A stretch of 64,000 bases of DNA, taken from positions 5,617 to 69,616 of IMG/VR virus record IMGVR_UViG_3300010048_000002. One strand, written 5' to 3'. The notes under the pieces are model-generated. The model saw nothing but the letters and a program-made list of their open reading frames with translations, was not told where the DNA came from and ran no database searches. The position numbers were made by a program, and so were the translations under genes. Of this stretch, positions 21,805-31,567 are shown piece by piece; within the stretch, counting starts at the first letter, position 1; every line of letters begins with the position of its first letter. Source of the stretch: a virus (Duplodnaviria; Caudoviricetes).

Positions 21805-22263
21805 TTACCCGACGTGGCGGCGCATCGCCTTGTGCACCGGCGACTTCTTGTGGAAGAGCAGCCATCCGAGACCGCCGACAGCGACGACGCCACCGCCAAC
21901 GACTGCCGCTTTGCCGGCCGTCGACATATTGCCCCACCAATCGGCCAGGGTGCCTTTGGCGAGCGTCATCCCGTTGGGGCAATTGCCGTTACCGTCTGAC
22001 GGCGCGATGTCGGGCACACCCGGCACGGTGCCGTTGCTGACGCAGGCCAAGACGCACTTACCGGTGGCGTCAGAAATCGAATTGGGGCCGGCGCATATCT
22101 GCGACGAGTCGCCTACGCCTCGTCTGATGCCGGCGCCCGACAGCCCGGCTAGCACCGCGCTCGCTGCGCCTCTAGGCGTGCCGGCGGAGCCGGTCAGAGC
22201 GATTGCCTTCGGAGCATCGCCTTCACACGGAAGACCCTTGTCACAACTGGAGCAGCAACCCAT
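21805..22263 (-). CDS. Cys-rich protein with C-terminal TM anchor
   Basis: MGCCSSC; tail VVGGGVVAVGGLGWLLFHKK; TATTCT 7 nt before the ATG at 22263. Confidence 0.5.
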   Translation of the reverse strand: MGCCSSCDKGLPCEGDAPKAIALTGSAGTPRGAASAVLAGLSGAGIRRGVGDSSQICAGPNSISDATGKCVLACVSNGTVPGVPDIAPSDGNGNCPNGMTLAKGTLADWWGNMSTAGKAAVVGGGVVAVGGLGWLLFHKKSPVHKAMRRHVG

Positions 22264-22743
22264 GTAGGTGAGAATACGCCTACGCACTAGAAGGCGCAAA
22301 CGAATCACCGTCGACGGCGATGCTTCAGCCTACTTACGACGATGTCTGTCAGTGACGCCAGAAGCAGCAACCCGCCAACGGCGCAGAGCACAAGAAGGCT
22401 GTTCAGCTCCATAGGGATGTTGTCTAAAACATCCGACATTACGTAAGTTTACATCAAGACGCGTAGCGTGTCATCCCAGGCCTTGGACACGAGCTTCTTG
22501 TGTTCCTCGCCGACGGTGAAGCCGATGATGTGCCCCCCGAACCACGGCCCCGCCATCGGAAACGGCCTCCAGACGAAAAACGGCACTCCGTAGGCCGCCG
22601 CCGCGTCGTATGCAGTGCGGATGCTCGTGGTGTCGGTGCAGTCGAAGAAGAACAGTTGCCGCCCGCCGAGCGTCTTGAAGTAGTTGTTGGTGCGATTGCG
22701 CTTACGGCTAGCGCCGCCGTTGAGACTTTTGAGGTGCATGCCT

Positions 22744-23952
22744 CTATCGATGCAGCTTGCGCGCTTCGCGTTTCACGACGCCGACGACTTTGCCCCCCGT
22801 ATTCTTCCACACCCATTCGGCGGCCTGGCCGTATGCCCATCCCTTGACGAGGGCGATGGCGCCGATGGTAAGTGCAGTCGCCCCCACAAGCCCTGCCCCC
22901 GCAACAGCCACCTTCGTGCTTGTGGATGTAGTGGTGGTACTCACAAGCGGTTTTGCCTTGATACCACGGGCGATTACGGTCGGGTCGATGTTGAAGGCCA
23001 GCGGGCCGTTATTCACGGTGATGGGCGGACGGCTTCGGAGTTGGCCCGTCGAGTCACCCGCCCCCGACAGAATCCAAGAGACGAGACTCGGCTGCCACGA
23101 CCCGTCGGGTGCTTGCGCGGCGCCGGGCCCGCCCGCATTCCCTTCATAAGGCGCGAACGATAGAGACTGCGACGCAGAGTGCGCGGCGTGCCACACATTC
23201 GCAGCGGCGGCGAGCAGGTCTTGCGGCGGCACCGTCGGCCAGCAATTGACCCAGTACTGAAGATTCTTGAGCATGAGTACGCGTACGTACTCCTCGAAAC
23301 GTGTCGGCGCAGCGTACTGCGTACCCGGTACGTTGCGCACACAATAGAGGAGCATCTGCAAGGCGGAGTCTTGCCATACGTTCCCTAGCGTCGAGGCGTT
23401 CGGGGAATACGGAGGACGTCCCCCGGGCATGACGCTCCCACCTTCTGACCGCCCGAAGACGATATCGTCGTAGTCGGCCAAAGAATCGATCTCGATCCAG
23501 TTGGCTGTGTCGGTCTGTCCGTACGGAATCTGATCCATGCCTATGCGTTGCAGACCGCAGTAGTTGTACGTGGGTGACGGCGTGGAGTAGAGCCCGAGGG
23601 CTGTGAAGAGCCCCTGAAGGGCTGTCGATAGCGCTAGTACGCCGGTGCCGATGGCCGTCATGGCGGCACCGGCCACGGGGCCAGCCGTCAGCGTCGCGAT
23701 TCCCCCGATGCCGGCGATGAGCGCCGCGTCCGACGGAATGTTCCCGATGTCAATCGACGTCGCGAGGCTCACTGCCGTACTCGCGTCCTGAGCGGCTGGC
23801 GGTACCGTCTGCATCATCGCGCACCTCACGTCGTTCGGGAGTGCGTTGAACGAGTCTGCTCCTGGAAAGCTACCGCCCAGCGTACAGGTGGCATCGCCCA
23901 GCCCTACCTGCGTGCTGAGGTGGGGCATAAGCACGAGCTCGCGCGGGTGCAT
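22744..23952 (-). CDS. Virion protein with C-terminal TM anchor
   Basis: TATGCT-6 nt-ATG start at 23952; tail VAVAGAGLVGATALTIGAIALVK. Confidence 0.55.
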   Translation of the reverse strand: MHPRELVLMPHLSTQVGLGDATCTLGGSFPGADSFNALPNDVRCAMMQTVPPAAQDASTAVSLATSIDIGNIPSDAALIAGIGGIATLTAGPVAGAAMTAIGTGVLALSTALQGLFTALGLYSTPSPTYNYCGLQRIGMDQIPYGQTDTANWIEIDSLADYDDIVFGRSEGGSVMPGGRPPYSPNASTLGNVWQDSALQMLLYCVRNVPGTQYAAPTRFEEYVRVLMLKNLQYWVNCWPTVPPQDLLAAAANVWHAAHSASQSLSFAPYEGNAGGPGAAQAPDGSWQPSLVSWILSGAGDSTGQLRSRPPITVNNGPLAFNIDPTVIARGIKAKPLVSTTTTSTSTKVAVAGAGLVGATALTIGAIALVKGWAYGQAAEWVWKNTGGKVVGVVKREARKLHR

Positions 23953-23996
23953 GCCTGTAGCATACGTCACCGACAAGGGGTAAGCTAACCAACGAC
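23953..23996. promoter_or_regulatory. Divergent -10 pair
   Basis: TATGCT (minus, 23959-23964) and TAAGCT (plus, 23981-23986), each just upstream of an ATG. Confidence 0.45.
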
Positions 23997-25019
23997 ATGG
24001 ACACTTCAGAAAAGGTTCTGGTAGGCGTCGGCGCGGTGGCGCTTTTACTGCTCGGCGCCGTGGCACTCAGCGGCAACAAGCCTAGCGCCTCTGGCGGCGG
24101 CGCCTCCGGCGGCGGCGGCGGCGCACCTGCCGCAACGCTTCCGGCCAACATCCCCCTCGTCGTCGGCAAGAGCATCAGGCTGACGCTCCCCGACTTGCCC
24201 GCTAGCGGTCAGGTTTGGACCATGATGACGTCGGCGCCCAGCATCGTGCGAGTGATGGACGTCGGATACGCGCCCGGGGTCCCGGGGCTTCACGGCTTCA
24301 CGCTGACGGGCGTCGCCGTCGGAGGGGCATCCGTCACAGCCACTCTGATGAACGCGACGACGGGGCAACCGGTCACTGGTGTTGCGCCGCTGAGCGCGAC
24401 TGTCAGCGTCGTCGCCGGCATTGGCGTCGGTACGCCACCGCAACAGAGTGGGGGCGGGCACGTCTTCTTCCCTCCTGGTGGGGGTGTCAAGTTTACGCCG
24501 CCCAGCACCACTAAAGGGGGCACTTCGTCGTCATCGTCTCCTGGCGGCGGCTTCAAGGTCAGCACGGGGCCGACTACGGCTTCCGGTAATCCCAGTACCA
24601 TCGCCGCCCCTCCTCCGCCGCCTCCACCTCCGCCGCCTCCTCCACCGCCACCGCCTAAGGTTGTCGCGCTCACCTGGCCTCAGGCAATCGACCACACAAT
24701 TTCCAACGGCCAGCAGCTCGATAGCGATACCGTCTTCCTGAACGAGGGCGATACGCTCGTCGTGGACATCACTGCTGATACGACGTCGCTACCGGCGTGT
24801 CAACAGTGGGCCGGCTGCGGAGTGTGGGGAGTGACATCGACGCCCCCGACGCTCGTGTGGGTGCCCACAGGGCTCGCAACGTCGTCGGCCTACGCGCTCG
24901 TCTACATTGGGGCCGCGAGTTTCAGCGCGGTGCAGTCGGGGCAGGGCACGCTGGTGCTCACGAAGACGTTCCAGAACGGGGCCGTCATCACGTGGAGCAT
25001 CCCCGTCGTTGTCGCCTAG
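23997..25019 (+). CDS. Membrane-anchored protein with two Ig/chagasin(I42)-like domains and a poly-Pro linker
   Basis: N-terminal TM; LVVGKSIRLTLPDLPASGQVW..GYAPGVPG..FTLTGVAVG; the only plus-strand gene in the virion block. Confidence 0.55.
   Translation: MDTSEKVLVGVGAVALLLLGAVALSGNKPSASGGGASGGGGGAPAATLPANIPLVVGKSIRLTLPDLPASGQVWTMMTSAPSIVRVMDVGYAPGVPGLHGFTLTGVAVGGASVTATLMNATTGQPVTGVAPLSATVSVVAGIGVGTPPQQSGGGHVFFPPGGGVKFTPPSTTKGGTSSSSSPGGGFKVSTGPTTASGNPSTIAAPPPPPPPPPPPPPPPPKVVALTWPQAIDHTISNGQQLDSDTVFLNEGDTLVVDITADTTSLPACQQWAGCGVWGVTSTPPTLVWVPTGLATSSAYALVYIGAASFSAVQSGQGTLVLTKTFQNGAVITWSIPVVVA
24451..24485 (+). other. Protospacer: perfect match to array spacer 57843-57877
   Basis: ggggcgggcacgtcttcttccctcctggtgggggt is identical in both places (35/35). 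Confidence 0.97.
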
Positions 25020-25311
25020 CGCTTAGCAGCGGCAGCCTTCTTCACGTCTGCGTTAGCTGCGGCGAACCCCATAGCCATTGCGTCGGTAAACGGCGCATCG
25101 CTCTTGGCCGCCTCGATCAGTCCATCCAGCTTGTCGGCGAGGTCGCGGAGCTTTGCCGGAATCTCCAGGGGGGCTACTTGCGGCAATGCGCCGTGATACG
25201 AAGCGCTAAACGACTCGCAGTGCGCGGTGTGGAGCTTGACGTCGATGTCGATGTAGACGGGGTGCGCAGGCACCCTTCCACGAGCAATCCTCTTCGTAGT
25301 CTTCTTAGCCA

Positions 25312-26814
25312 TTACAGACCTCCGTTGCCTTCGGCGCCTTCCGGCGGCGTGTTGTTTGCGGCGACGCTTGCATCGACGGCGCCTTTGGGAATCTCGCGCA
25401 CGACTTGCGCAGGCTGCTGTTGCTGTTGCGGCGCACCCGCCATGCCTGCCTTGTTGGTCAGGTTGCCGAGCGCCTCCATGAACTTGCCACCAAGTTCCAG
25501 GGCCTTCTCTGCCAACCCGGGGTTCGCCATCAAGAAGCCTTCGCGACTGAAGCTACCTGTCTCCTTGTCGATAGCGTACTTGGCGGGGTGTCCGAGGAAG
25601 CTCGTTTCGGGGATGGGCACCACCTCGAAGGGCAGGCTATCTTCGGGCTTCGGGGGCTGTACTACCGGCTCCGCGACGAGAGGCGGCTCCGGCGTCTCGC
25701 CGTTTGGCATGTCCGGCTCGCCGTAGACCTCATTCAAGTCGCGTGCGAGCTGGCGCAGCTCCCGCCCCAAACCCACCACCGTCTTGAAAGCTGACACCCC
25801 CGCCTGAAGCTCGGAGGCGACACCCGTCGCCTTGGCTGCCTGCGGCACTTGCGGCATCGCGCCAACGCCGGCCTGAGGCTGTTGCTGGGGCACGACACCG
25901 CCGACGACGCCGAGGCGACGTAGCAAGCCGACCATGCGCTCCTCCCAGTTGTCGGGTGGCGCAGCGCCGAATCCTTGCGGCGCCGGGGGCACCGGCGCCG
26001 CAGACGGCGGCACCAAGCCTGCGGCGATGAGCTGCTGAAGCTGGCCTGACAGATACCCGACTTGCTGTCTCAGGTACCCTACCTCACCATCGGCGCCGAA
26101 GCCGGCAGCCGGTGCCGGGGGCGCAGCCGGATACACAGGCGCGGGCGCGGCGCCGACGCCGACAGGCTGGCGCCGAGGAGGCGGCGCCATCGGCGTCTCT
26201 TCTGCGCCGTATTCGTCGTAGGGGCTTTCGACAGGCATCGAGACGCCGCCATACGGCCTCCGAGTCCGCATGTTGGCTTGCGCACGGCGCAGCCCGATGA
26301 TCTCCTCGCTGCTCGGCATCGACAAGCGCCCCCTGCCGATGATTCTGCCGCTCGTCTTCCAGACGAAGCGCAGCTCGTAGTCCTCGGGGCCCCTTCCGGC
26401 GGGGATGTGATAGTAGTCTTCGACAGCGAGGCGCAGCGCATCGCCGGGGGACATCCCCTTCCCTCCGGCGACAAGAGAGCCGTCGATCTTGCCGGGCAGT
26501 ACGACGGCGCCGGGGCTGAACCTGACCACGTTGACGTCGATGTCGTACGGCGTCTTCGGGGGCACCATCTTGGGGATGCGCTGAAGAATCTCCGGCCAGA
26601 GGAGCTCCGCCTCACGGCTGTTCCAGCCCTCGCCGGGAGGACGGTGAGTGCCGCCCTTGTCATTGCGCTGTTTGCGCTGCTTCGCCTTTGCGGCCTTCGG
26701 CGCAGCGGCAGTCTCTTGAGGGGTCTCCTGAGTCGAAGTCTCGTCGTCTTCGTCGACTTCCTCTTCCAGAGGCTCTTCGTCGAAGTTCTCCAGTGACTCG
26801 TCGGTAGTAGCCAC
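25312..26814 (-). CDS. Pro-rich virion or scaffolding-like protein with acidic N-terminus
   Basis: 500 aa with repeated GFGA/GVGA linkers. Confidence 0.5.
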   Translation of the reverse strand: MATTDESLENFDEEPLEEEVDEDDETSTQETPQETAAAPKAAKAKQRKQRNDKGGTHRPPGEGWNSREAELLWPEILQRIPKMVPPKTPYDIDVNVVRFSPGAVVLPGKIDGSLVAGGKGMSPGDALRLAVEDYYHIPAGRGPEDYELRFVWKTSGRIIGRGRLSMPSSEEIIGLRRAQANMRTRRPYGGVSMPVESPYDEYGAEETPMAPPPRRQPVGVGAAPAPVYPAAPPAPAAGFGADGEVGYLRQQVGYLSGQLQQLIAAGLVPPSAAPVPPAPQGFGAAPPDNWEERMVGLLRRLGVVGGVVPQQQPQAGVGAMPQVPQAAKATGVASELQAGVSAFKTVVGLGRELRQLARDLNEVYGEPDMPNGETPEPPLVAEPVVQPPKPEDSLPFEVVPIPETSFLGHPAKYAIDKETGSFSREGFLMANPGLAEKALELGGKFMEALGNLTNKAGMAGAPQQQQQPAQVVREIPKGAVDASVAANNTPPEGAEGNGGL

Positions 26815-26835
26815 GTGTCTTGCCTCTCTCCGCCT

Positions 26836-27627
26836 TTAGGCGAATGTCGGTGCTTGCGCGAAGATCTTCGAGCCGAGCTGCGTCTGGAAGTAGTTGGTGA
26901 GCAACCCGACCAGCGAACCCTGCGTATTCACAGGGAAGCGGTACTGATAGCCGGGCGTCGCCACCACGGCGGGGGCGTTGACGTACCCCACACCGCCGTC
27001 GAGCAGTTGCAGCGCGTTGATCTCCATGCTGGGGATGATGATAGCCCCGGAGCCTCCGGTGGAGCCGGCGATGACGATGATGGGCATCCCGACGTATCCA
27101 GAGCCGCCACTCGTCACGCCGACGCTGTTGATGTGCCCGCCGGCTTGTGTGGCTGTCAGGACTGCCGCGACACCGCCAGGGCCCAGCCCGCCAACCGGCG
27201 TCGCCGTGATGGTGCCGCTGTAGTTGGCGCCGGAATCCACGATGGCCAACGCGTGCACGTCGAGAGTGCAGCGAGCCATCGCGGGCCTCGTCGGCGCGGG
27301 GTCTCCGGGATTCGTGACGAAGCTCAAAATGGGCGGCTCCGCGAGCAACGTACCGGCGGTGAGCAGCGTCAGCGCTGACACCGGGGCACCTTCGCTACCA
27401 GTGAGTATTGCCGCGGTGATAGCGGGGTTGACGCCCACGTATTGGAACACCAAGGTGCGGATGATGGGCGCCGTGCCGGCGGTCGTGTCGGTCGTAAGCA
27501 CCAGCCCCAGCTTGTTGAACAAATCAACCGGTAGCGGCACCGCGGCAAAGGCGGCTGCCATGGCCGCAGTTGTCGCGGAGCCAACCGGCAGTAAGTCGTA
27601 TCGCAGGGTAGCCGTCGTGAAACTCAC
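26836..27627 (-). CDS. Gly-rich structural protein with GSGY-type repeats
   Basis: INSVGVTSGGSGYVGMPIIVIAG, LLDGGVGYVNAP, IVDSGANY. Confidence 0.55.
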   Translation of the reverse strand: MSFTTATLRYDLLPVGSATTAAMAAAFAAVPLPVDLFNKLGLVLTTDTTAGTAPIIRTLVFQYVGVNPAITAAILTGSEGAPVSALTLLTAGTLLAEPPILSFVTNPGDPAPTRPAMARCTLDVHALAIVDSGANYSGTITATPVGGLGPGGVAAVLTATQAGGHINSVGVTSGGSGYVGMPIIVIAGSTGGSGAIIIPSMEINALQLLDGGVGYVNAPAVVATPGYQYRFPVNTQGSLVGLLTNYFQTQLGSKIFAQAPTFA

Positions 27628-27630
27628 CGC

Positions 27631-28227
27631 TTATGCCTCCTCGTCGGCATCGTCACCGACGTCAACGCCGTCTTCGAGCGCCTTGGCGATATCCTCGAGC
27701 GTCATCGCCTTACCGGAGGCGTCGACGCCGCCCTTGGCGGACAGCTCGCGTAGAAACTCCACGGCTTCCTGCCTACCCTCCAGGCGCCCCACGTCGCGCA
27801 CCTCGAGTTCCGCCTCCAGGCTCTCGAGCTCGTCGATGACGGCATTACGGAACGTCTCGAGGCTCATCGACTCGACGCCGTAGGAGGGGTATGCCTTGCG
27901 CACGACGTAGCAAAGGAACGGGCCCCCCTCGAGAGGGGCGGCGTAGGCGCGCACCTCGTCGCCGGCATCGAACATCGCCATGACCAGGTACTTCGAGTTG
28001 ACGGGGACGGGCTTACCCCACACCCACATGAGGACGACACCGTCGATGCCAACCCAGTTGAAGCTCATGAGCTTCCTTAGGTCCTTCATGTCGACGCCGG
28101 CAGCTTCCTTGATCTGCGCGGCGAGCTGTGAGGGAGTGAGCGCCACGGGCGCCGTCGGGGGCACCTGCGGGGCAGATGTTTCCTGTGCGGCGCTCGAAGG
28201 CGCCGTGTCTACCACCGGCTGCGTCAT
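27631..28227 (-). CDS. Hypothetical protein
   Basis: TACGCT-7 nt-ATG; acidic C-terminus. Confidence 0.5.
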   Translation of the reverse strand: MTQPVVDTAPSSAAQETSAPQVPPTAPVALTPSQLAAQIKEAAGVDMKDLRKLMSFNWVGIDGVVLMWVWGKPVPVNSKYLVMAMFDAGDEVRAYAAPLEGGPFLCYVVRKAYPSYGVESMSLETFRNAVIDELESLEAELEVRDVGRLEGRQEAVEFLRELSAKGGVDASGKAMTLEDIAKALEDGVDVGDDADEEA

Positions 28228-28292
28228 GGGAGAGAGCGTAATCGCCTACGCCCTTTACGTCAATAGGCTGGGCACTTTATTACGCGCAAAAA

Positions 28293-29525
28293 CTACGCGC
28301 GCTTAGCGCGAAAGACCTTACGCAGTCGGATACTAGCGAACTGATCGAGTCCGATGACGACGTGGTCCACCAGTTTGAGATTGTTGCCGAAAGGCTTACG
28401 CGCCTTCTCGATAGCGCGGGTGAGATCCTTGTCGGCTTGACTGGGCGTCGCCTTGCCAGAGGGATGGCAATGAACCACTGCGAACCCCTTTGCCTGGCGC
28501 GCCAGTGCCGCGGCAAGACTTGCGCGCATGATGTCGTCGATGCCGACGTTGACGCGATCAATCTGCCCGCGCGCCACCTCATCGATGCCCCTCAGGTGGC
28601 CGTGCAGGTCGAGAGACACCACGAGGAAGACCTCCTGGGGCTGCTCGTTGCAGTAGCCCTTCAGGAGCTTGTAGATGGCCTGGGGGGTCGTGATGGGCCC
28701 GATGGTATCCGCGAGCTGGGCACAGGCGCGGAACTTCTCGGCGTCGACGCGCACGGCCGTGAAGGGAGCGCACAGAGGTGCCGCTGGCGCCGCCGGAGGC
28801 GCTACCGACGTTTCCGGCGTCGGCGCCAGACTGCTAGGCAGCGAAGCACCTGCCTTGTTGTGCTTCTCGGCACCGCGCTTCGCCTGCGCCACGTGGTCGT
28901 AAGACTTCAGCTCGGCGCCGTCTAGCGTAAGCACCCACGGCAGTTTGCCTTCGCGCCTCGAAACACGTTCCTTGCGCTCGTGAATGCGGTAGACAGCGAC
29001 TCCGTTAGCGGCCCGGGCGAATAGCCCGCTCTTGTCGCGGTGCCACTTGAGGGGCCTCACGGCGCCCCGGCGCGCGTCAGCGGCGACGACAGTCTGCGTC
29101 ACGGCAACAGCGCCGGTAGCACCACAGTCTTTCGCCGCCGGTTGTGCACCACGGATGGCTTCCGCCTCCAGCGGCAAGTTCAAGTTGTGGGCGAAGTCGG
29201 CGTCCTTCGAGATGTGCCACTTGCCGCCCGCGTGGAACATCGTGTGGCGGTGCCACTCGGCGCCGGCCTGCCTGTAGATGTAGAAGTAGCTCTGCGTCTT
29301 AGGGTAGCGGTGCACGTAGACGGCGTGCGAGAAGCCTTCGGCTAAAGCGTGGTCGAAGGCGTCGTCGACGCTGGGGAAGTCGGCGGCAGTGTCGCGCGCG
29401 CAGGCTTCACCGGCCGGGCAGGGGCCCATGGGAACCTCCGGGGGATGCGTGTGGGGACACTGGGGACCGGCGGGACACTCACCCGCCTTGCGGTGCTCGT
29501 ACACTACAGCTACGCCTTGCGCCAT
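28293..29525 (-). CDS. Protein with C-terminal JAB/RadC-like domain and long N-terminal extension
   Basis: EVFLVVSLD, VVHCHPSGKATPSQADKDLT, LVDHVVIG. Confidence 0.85.
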   Translation of the reverse strand: MAQGVAVVYEHRKAGECPAGPQCPHTHPPEVPMGPCPAGEACARDTAADFPSVDDAFDHALAEGFSHAVYVHRYPKTQSYFYIYRQAGAEWHRHTMFHAGGKWHISKDADFAHNLNLPLEAEAIRGAQPAAKDCGATGAVAVTQTVVAADARRGAVRPLKWHRDKSGLFARAANGVAVYRIHERKERVSRREGKLPWVLTLDGAELKSYDHVAQAKRGAEKHNKAGASLPSSLAPTPETSVAPPAAPAAPLCAPFTAVRVDAEKFRACAQLADTIGPITTPQAIYKLLKGYCNEQPQEVFLVVSLDLHGHLRGIDEVARGQIDRVNVGIDDIMRASLAAALARQAKGFAVVHCHPSGKATPSQADKDLTRAIEKARKPFGNNLKLVDHVVIGLDQFASIRLRKVFRAKRA

Positions 29526-29561
29526 GATGGCGTAAGCCTAGCACGCCGAGCGCCTGTACCG

Positions 29562-30260
29562 CTAGCGCTTACGGGCCACGATGACGTGCTGGAAGGCCAA
29601 TAACTCCGGCCAGAGGGCGACGACACGCTCCTCGACGGGTCTCACAACCCGCTTGTAGCGCTTGTAGAGCCGCGCGTCGGCATCCACGAGGCCGCACGAT
29701 TGGCAGAAGGCGCGAGACGCTCCGAGCAAGTCTCTGAAGATGCCGGGGGTCGAGTCGACGTACTCGACAGTCAAGCCGGCATCCAGCACCAACCGCAAAG
29801 CTGTCTTGCGGGTGAAGAAACGCAGGTGCGTTGAGTCGAGGATGCCCTTCGACGAATAGTCGAAGTTACCTGCTAGCAACCGTAAGCGCATGCCCCACTG
29901 GGCGACGTTAGGAAGACTCACGACGACGGCGCCGTTCTGTTGGAGCATCGGCAAGAACCTGCGCAAGACAGCACTACTGTCGCGCACGTGCTCGAGAACA
30001 TCGCCGAAGACGAGACAATCCACACGGCTTTGCCCGAAGTAGTTGTGCAGTCGCGATTCTATGTCGACGGCGTACACCTCGTCGAGGCACGTGCCCGCCC
30101 CCTCCTCGATGTCGAAGCCAATGACGTAGGCGCCCCACCTATCCTTTGCTACGACTGTGTTCTGCCCCGCCCCGCAGCCGACGTCTAGAATCGTCTTGGG
30201 CCTGAGGTACCGTAGTGCCCTGATGATGGCGGGGTTGACCTCTTGCCCGTATCGGCTCAC
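29562..30260 (-). CDS. Class I SAM-dependent methyltransferase
   Basis: ILDVGCGAG, FGDVLEHV, SLPNVA, GILDSTHLRFFT. Confidence 0.85.
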   Translation of the reverse strand: MSRYGQEVNPAIIRALRYLRPKTILDVGCGAGQNTVVAKDRWGAYVIGFDIEEGAGTCLDEVYAVDIESRLHNYFGQSRVDCLVFGDVLEHVRDSSAVLRRFLPMLQQNGAVVVSLPNVAQWGMRLRLLAGNFDYSSKGILDSTHLRFFTRKTALRLVLDAGLTVEYVDSTPGIFRDLLGASRAFCQSCGLVDADARLYKRYKRVVRPVEERVVALWPELLAFQHVIVARKR

Positions 30261-30583
30261 TGCGGAGAGTCCTCGCGCTTGAGGAGGGTACGAATCAACT
30301 GCGCCACGGTTAGGTTGTAGTGCCTGGCTACCCGCTCCAGACGCTCCGCCTCTTCGCCGCGTAACGTGATCTGCTGGTAAGGCCCCTTAGGCCCTTCTGC
30401 TTCGTGCACCAGCTCGATGAGGCGGTGCAGCGCTACGACTGTTGCCGCACGTTGCTGCGGCGTCATCGCCATCACCACCTGGACGAAGCTTGCCCCTCCG
30501 ATGCTTGCCATGACGACGGCGTCATCGCTGACGGAGATATCGCCGGGCGCAGCCATCGCCTTCGACTTACTTGCCTTCGACAT
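30257..30583 (-). CDS. Small protein with ribbon-helix-helix-like C-terminus
   Basis: QITLRGEEAERLERVARHYNLTVAQLIRTLL. Confidence 0.5.
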   Translation of the reverse strand: MSKASKSKAMAAPGDISVSDDAVVMASIGGASFVQVVMAMTPQQRAATVVALHRLIELVHEAEGPKGPYQQITLRGEEAERLERVARHYNLTVAQLIRTLLKREDSPQ

Positions 30584-31088
30584 CTGCTATCAGCTCCTTG
30601 CCGCAGTTCGCCAGTGGGTGCTCTTCGCGCCCGAACTTCGAGTCGTAGAGGAACGCCATCATGGCGTTGTAGGCGATGGCGGCGAGGTGCCACCGCGTGT
30701 CCCCGAATTTGTCGTGGGGCTCGCCTTCGACGTACTGCCGAAGGTGCTCGTAGATGTGATTCACGCACGACTTCTCACCAATGAGCCGCGCGTTGGCGTA
30801 CTGCTCCCAGGAGCCGTACTTCTCGGCGGCGTAGTGCCCGATCTTGGCGAGCATCTTGATGAAGGTGGGGTTGAGGCAGTCGTAACGGAAGTTGACCGGC
30901 ACGCGCTTCACCTTCGGCGACGTCGCCGTAGACATCTCTGACAGTCGCAGGCGCGCCCATGCGTATAGCGGCTCGCCAGTCACCCTATCGTCGACGTATG
31001 CCTCATGAGATGAGGCGTGCCCCGGAGGGAGGCTGCACGAGTAGCCCCCATTCTTGTCTCCACAGACGTCGCCCATGACGATCACCAT
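30567..31088 (-). CDS. dATP/dGTP diphosphohydrolase domain protein (DUF5664-like)
   Basis: KRVPVNFRYD, HYAAEKYG, HIYEHL, HLAAIAYNAMM. Confidence 0.7.
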   Translation of the reverse strand: MVIVMGDVCGDKNGGYSCSLPPGHASSHEAYVDDRVTGEPLYAWARLRLSEMSTATSPKVKRVPVNFRYDCLNPTFIKMLAKIGHYAAEKYGSWEQYANARLIGEKSCVNHIYEHLRQYVEGEPHDKFGDTRWHLAAIAYNAMMAFLYDSKFGREEHPLANCGKELIADVEGK

Positions 31089-31567
31089 CCCTGCTTCTCG
31101 AGACAGCCCGCGATATCTGGCGGCGTCCAGCCTTCAGGCTTGATTGTCTTGCCCGCCGCGTCCTTCAACGGCTTACCATCGACGCCTAGCTTAGCCATAT
31201 TAGCCTTGTGCACTTCATCGGCGATATCGTCGCCATCGATGCCGAAAGCGAGGCGGCTGCCCTCGACGACGTAATCGATGTCGGCGCAGGCGTCTGCGAC
31301 TTCGACGATGTCGACTTCCAGCTCCATCTTATCAACGACGTAGAAGATGCGCTGCTTCAGGTACTTCATGGCCCACCATGCGGCGCTATCTTTGTGGACC
31401 ATCGCCTGGACGAACTCCAAGGCCTCCTCGATGACAAGCCGGCAGCGCCGCCTCACTTCATCTGCTGAGGGAATCGTAGGCTTGTCGTTGCTAGTGTACC
31501 CGAACATGGCGTGAAACGCGGCCACCTGCTCACGAAGCCTCGTCATGTCTTCCGCGCTTTCTTCCAC
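31082..31567 (-). CDS. MazG-like nucleoside triphosphate pyrophosphohydrolase
   Basis: EEALEF, EVADACADIDYV, EVHKANMAK, GKTIKPEGWTPP. Confidence 0.85.
   Translation of the reverse strand: MEESAEDMTRLREQVAAFHAMFGYTSNDKPTIPSADEVRRRCRLVIEEALEFVQAMVHKDSAAWWAMKYLKQRIFYVVDKMELEVDIVEVADACADIDYVVEGSRLAFGIDGDDIADEVHKANMAKLGVDGKPLKDAAGKTIKPEGWTPPDIAGCLEKQGW

Noticed and set aside
30567-31088. DUF5664 as evidence of a 2-aminoadenine (Z) genome
   Set aside because: No PurZ or DatZ recognised in the window.
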